DNA of 63,595 nt, the filler included, from Octopus bimaculoides (taxonomy: Eukaryota): the NCBI RefSeq assembly GCF_001194135.2. It is 6 parts of 6 records of this genome, joined end to end, with 100 filler letters (N's around TTAATTAATTAA, not from the genome) between each part and the next. Parts side by side here need not be neighbours in the genome. Positions count along the whole stretch, not along the records: positions 41,247 to 63,595 come from NC_068981.1; 5 more parts are not named here. One strand, 5' to 3'. Below the pieces are notes generated by a model that saw only the letters and a program-made list of their open reading frames with translations, did no database searches and was not told where the DNA came from. Both the position numbers and the translations under genes were made by a program. The stretch's first letter is position 1. Each line of letters starts with the position of its first letter. This document shows, one piece after another, positions 60,881-63,595 of this stretch.

Positions 60881-63595
60881 TTTTTTTTTTTCGGATTTGT
60901 GTTCAAGCCGTCGGTTTTTTTCTTTTTTCTTTTTAATAATTAATAATTTTTCGTTTTTTATTTTTCTTCCGTTTTTTACCTTCTTTTCCGTTCAGACCGT
61001 CTACGCTCTCAACTTCCTTATGACATTTATCCATCTTTTCTCAAACGCTCTTTGACACAGGCACCTTTTCTCCAGACTGATCTTCCTGGACAGGTGGTAG
61101 TTAAAATAACTAACCAGCCTGTGTCCGGAGATGAAGTTGCCTGTCTCAATTCTTCTTCCACGCGTCACCCATAATGTCTCTTTAAATGCGGCTACTACGC
61201 AGAAAAAATGACGCCTCCTTTTCCTTGTTAAAGGAGGTAGGCGGTACAATCTTGATAATAGATTCAGTCGATTGCCGTACTCTTTCCGTTTCCGACACCA
61301 GTTGTTCGACATAGGTTATCAATCCCCTCAGTTGCTCACAATGTACGAAGGCTTGCGTGACAGTTTCACTGACACGCCCGCACCTTGAGCATGTGGTTGG
61401 GGTACTAACACCATTCCTTGACAACCTCTCTCGAACTGGCAAGGCTGATCGGTAGCATAAACCAGGCCAGGGATTTCTGGAAGTTATCCATATACCTCGG
61501 CCTCAATGTTCTTCCGAACAGGTTGACAAGCTGGTCCCCATCGAAGCCTAGAGTCTCCCTCAGGACGTCGTCAGACATATGCTCTACCAACCCGCTATAA
61601 AAATCCGCAGTGGTGGCCCCGCTGCCGGTATTGCTCGCTCGGGAGAACAGAGCGAATGCATGTCTGAACTCCTTCTGTCATTCGCTCATTTTCGGTCTCC
61701 GCGTGATCCATGTGCCTACGTCCCGCAGAGACGTCAATTGTGGCATGCGATGACCACATGCGGTGACCACACCTGTTCACCATCCAGGTAGAGCCAGAGA
61801 TGTCTCAGTCTCAGCGCATACTTGCGCATCATCAGCTAAGGCATCTCTAACCCACACTTCAACGGTTTCTGGCAGCAGATGGCGCACCTCACAAGTGGTG
61901 GTTTCCCATTTCACAAAAAGCGGAAAAGGATCCGTTCCAGCTAGGTCAGCCACACACCGGGGCAAGGCACAACGGTTAGGCGGTAGGTTATCACAGATGC
62001 TATAAACACNNNNNNNNNNNNNNNNNNNNNNNNNNNNNNNNNNNNNNNNNNNNNNNNNNNNNNNNNNNNNNNNNNNNNNNNNNNNNNNNNNNNNNNNNNN
62101 NNNNNNNNNNNNNNNNNNNNNNNNNNNNNNNNNNNNNNNNNNNNNNNNNNNNNNNNNNNNNNNNNNNNNNNNNNNNNNNNNNNNNNNNNNNNNNNNNNNN
62201 NNNNNNNNNNNNNNNNNNNNNNNNNNNNNNNNNNNNNNNNNNNNNNNNNNNNNNNNNNNNNNNNNNNNNNNNNNNNNNNNNNNNNNNNNNNNNNNNNNNN
62301 NNNNNNNNNNNNNNNNNNNNNNNNNNNNNNNNNNNNNNNNNNNNNNNNNNNNNNNNNNNNNNNNNNNNNNNNNNNNNNNNNNNNNNNNNNNNNNNNNNNN
62401 NNNNNNNNNNNNNNNNNNNNNNNNNNNNNNNNNNNNNNNNNNNNNNNNNNNNNNNNNNNNNNNNNNNNNNNNNNNNNNNNNNNNNNNNNNNNNNNNNNNN
62501 NNNNNNNNNNNNNNNNNNNNNNNNNNNNNNNNNNNNNNNNNNNNNNNNNNNNNNNNNNNNNNNNNNNNNNNNNNNNNNNNNNNNNNNNNNNNNNNNNNNN
62601 NNNNNNNNNNNNNNNNNNNNNNNNNNNNNNNNNNNNNNNNNNNNNNNNNNNNNNNNNNNNNNNNNNNNNNNNNNNNNNNNNNNNNNNNNNNNNNNNNNNN
62701 NNNNNNNNNNNNNNNNNNNNNNNNNNNNNNNNNNNNNNNNNNNNNNNNNNNNNNNNNNNNNNNNNNNNNNNNNNNNNNNNNNNNNNNNNNNNNNNNNNNN
62801 NNNNNNNNNNNNNNNNNNNNNNNNNNNNNNNNNNNNNNNNNNNGTATTGTCCTACCTGGGATGGCGCATGTCTGCGCCTCTCCCACCAGGTCGCCCACGA
62901 CAAGCCTCACTCTCTTGGCTAGCACCTTGGCCAAAATATTTAACTCTGTGTTTAGTAGAGTTATGGGCCTGAAATTATTAATGTCATTCCCCTTGCTCGG
63001 GTCCTTCCTGATCAGTGTTACTACTGTTCGGCTCGCAGATTTGGGAATTCTCCCGTTCTGCTGCCAGTTCGCGTATACACCGGCCAGTATGTTCCCGAAC
63101 AAGTCTGGCATACTCTTATAAAATTCGTAAAGAAGACCAACCAGTCACGGCGACTTGTTCCTGGGACACTCGGAAAACACCTCTATGACCTCCGCAGCTG
63201 TGATCGGTTCTTCATAGCGCTCCGCCTCACGTGCCCAAATCCCGAAGGGCATCCCCATGGTCCAGCGTCCCGCCCCTCCCGAACAACACAGCGAAATGCT
63301 TCTGAAAGGCCTTACACATCTCTTGTCCTTGGATCTATTCTTGTTCGCTTACCACAAACCTTATCGTAGCATCTACTCCACGTTGGGTTTCTACCGAGCG
63401 AGCCCACCCGGCAACATTGATATCCTCGCGACCCACTGCACGTACTTTAGCCCGGACCCTGCAATCTTCGTGTGTGGCATTGAGGTGTAGGTCCAAGGCC
63501 GATCTCGCTGCCAAAATTTGGGGTGCAGAGCCCACTCTCATCGCCTCTTCTAACGCCTTAACTAGAGAGAGACCCTTCTACTCTAACCTGCTCTA
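60881..63595 (-). mobile_element. Tx1/L1-clade LINE ORF2 (broken) with poly(A) tail
   Basis: RPITLLNTELNILAKVLAKRV...QTCAIPGR (RT), CSRCGRVSETVTQAFVHC (degenerate CCHC), poly(A) at 60881-60891. Frameshifts, stops and an N gap. Confidence 0.92.

Noticed and set aside
43-63541. The many 60-150-aa ORFs rich in CV/HT/YI/LS or overlapping SINEs
   Set aside because: They are translations of microsatellites and SINE bodies, with no splice or domain support.

Overview
AT-rich, repeat-saturated animal genomic DNA. The SINE, LINE and microsatellite landscape looks like an octopus/cephalopod genome; this is inferred from the repeat families, not from a database hit. The window is assembled from several contigs joined by artificial 100-bp N44-TTAATTAATTAA-N44 spacers. 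Host genes: one is well supported, a minus-strand multi-module chitin-binding (peritrophin-A/ChtBD2) gene with two phase-compatible exons (39029-38814, 36663-35663) whose 5' exon(s) were not found. A second, plausible plus-strand first exon (59359-59775) encodes a signal-peptide-like N-terminus, an RRKR furin site and a GTAAGG donor. Mobile DNA: a near-intact 1286-bp DD34D mariner, a 5'-truncated second mariner, Tc1/mariner-, hAT- and Merlin/MULE-type MITEs with target-site duplications, remnants of RTE, CR1, R4/Dong, Tx1/L1, Ty3/Gypsy and Penelope-like elements, and many tRNA/CORE SINEs. Most interesting signal: two unrelated divergent inverted pairs (31.75-31.86 kb and 56.5-56.9 kb) each fold into minimal type-I hammerhead ribozymes. 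One of them lies directly downstream of a tRNA-derived Pol III SINE head, suggesting a SINE/retrozyme chimera possibly mobilised by Penelope-like elements. Several other fold-back palindromes and a 43-bp locally copied insertion are also noted.
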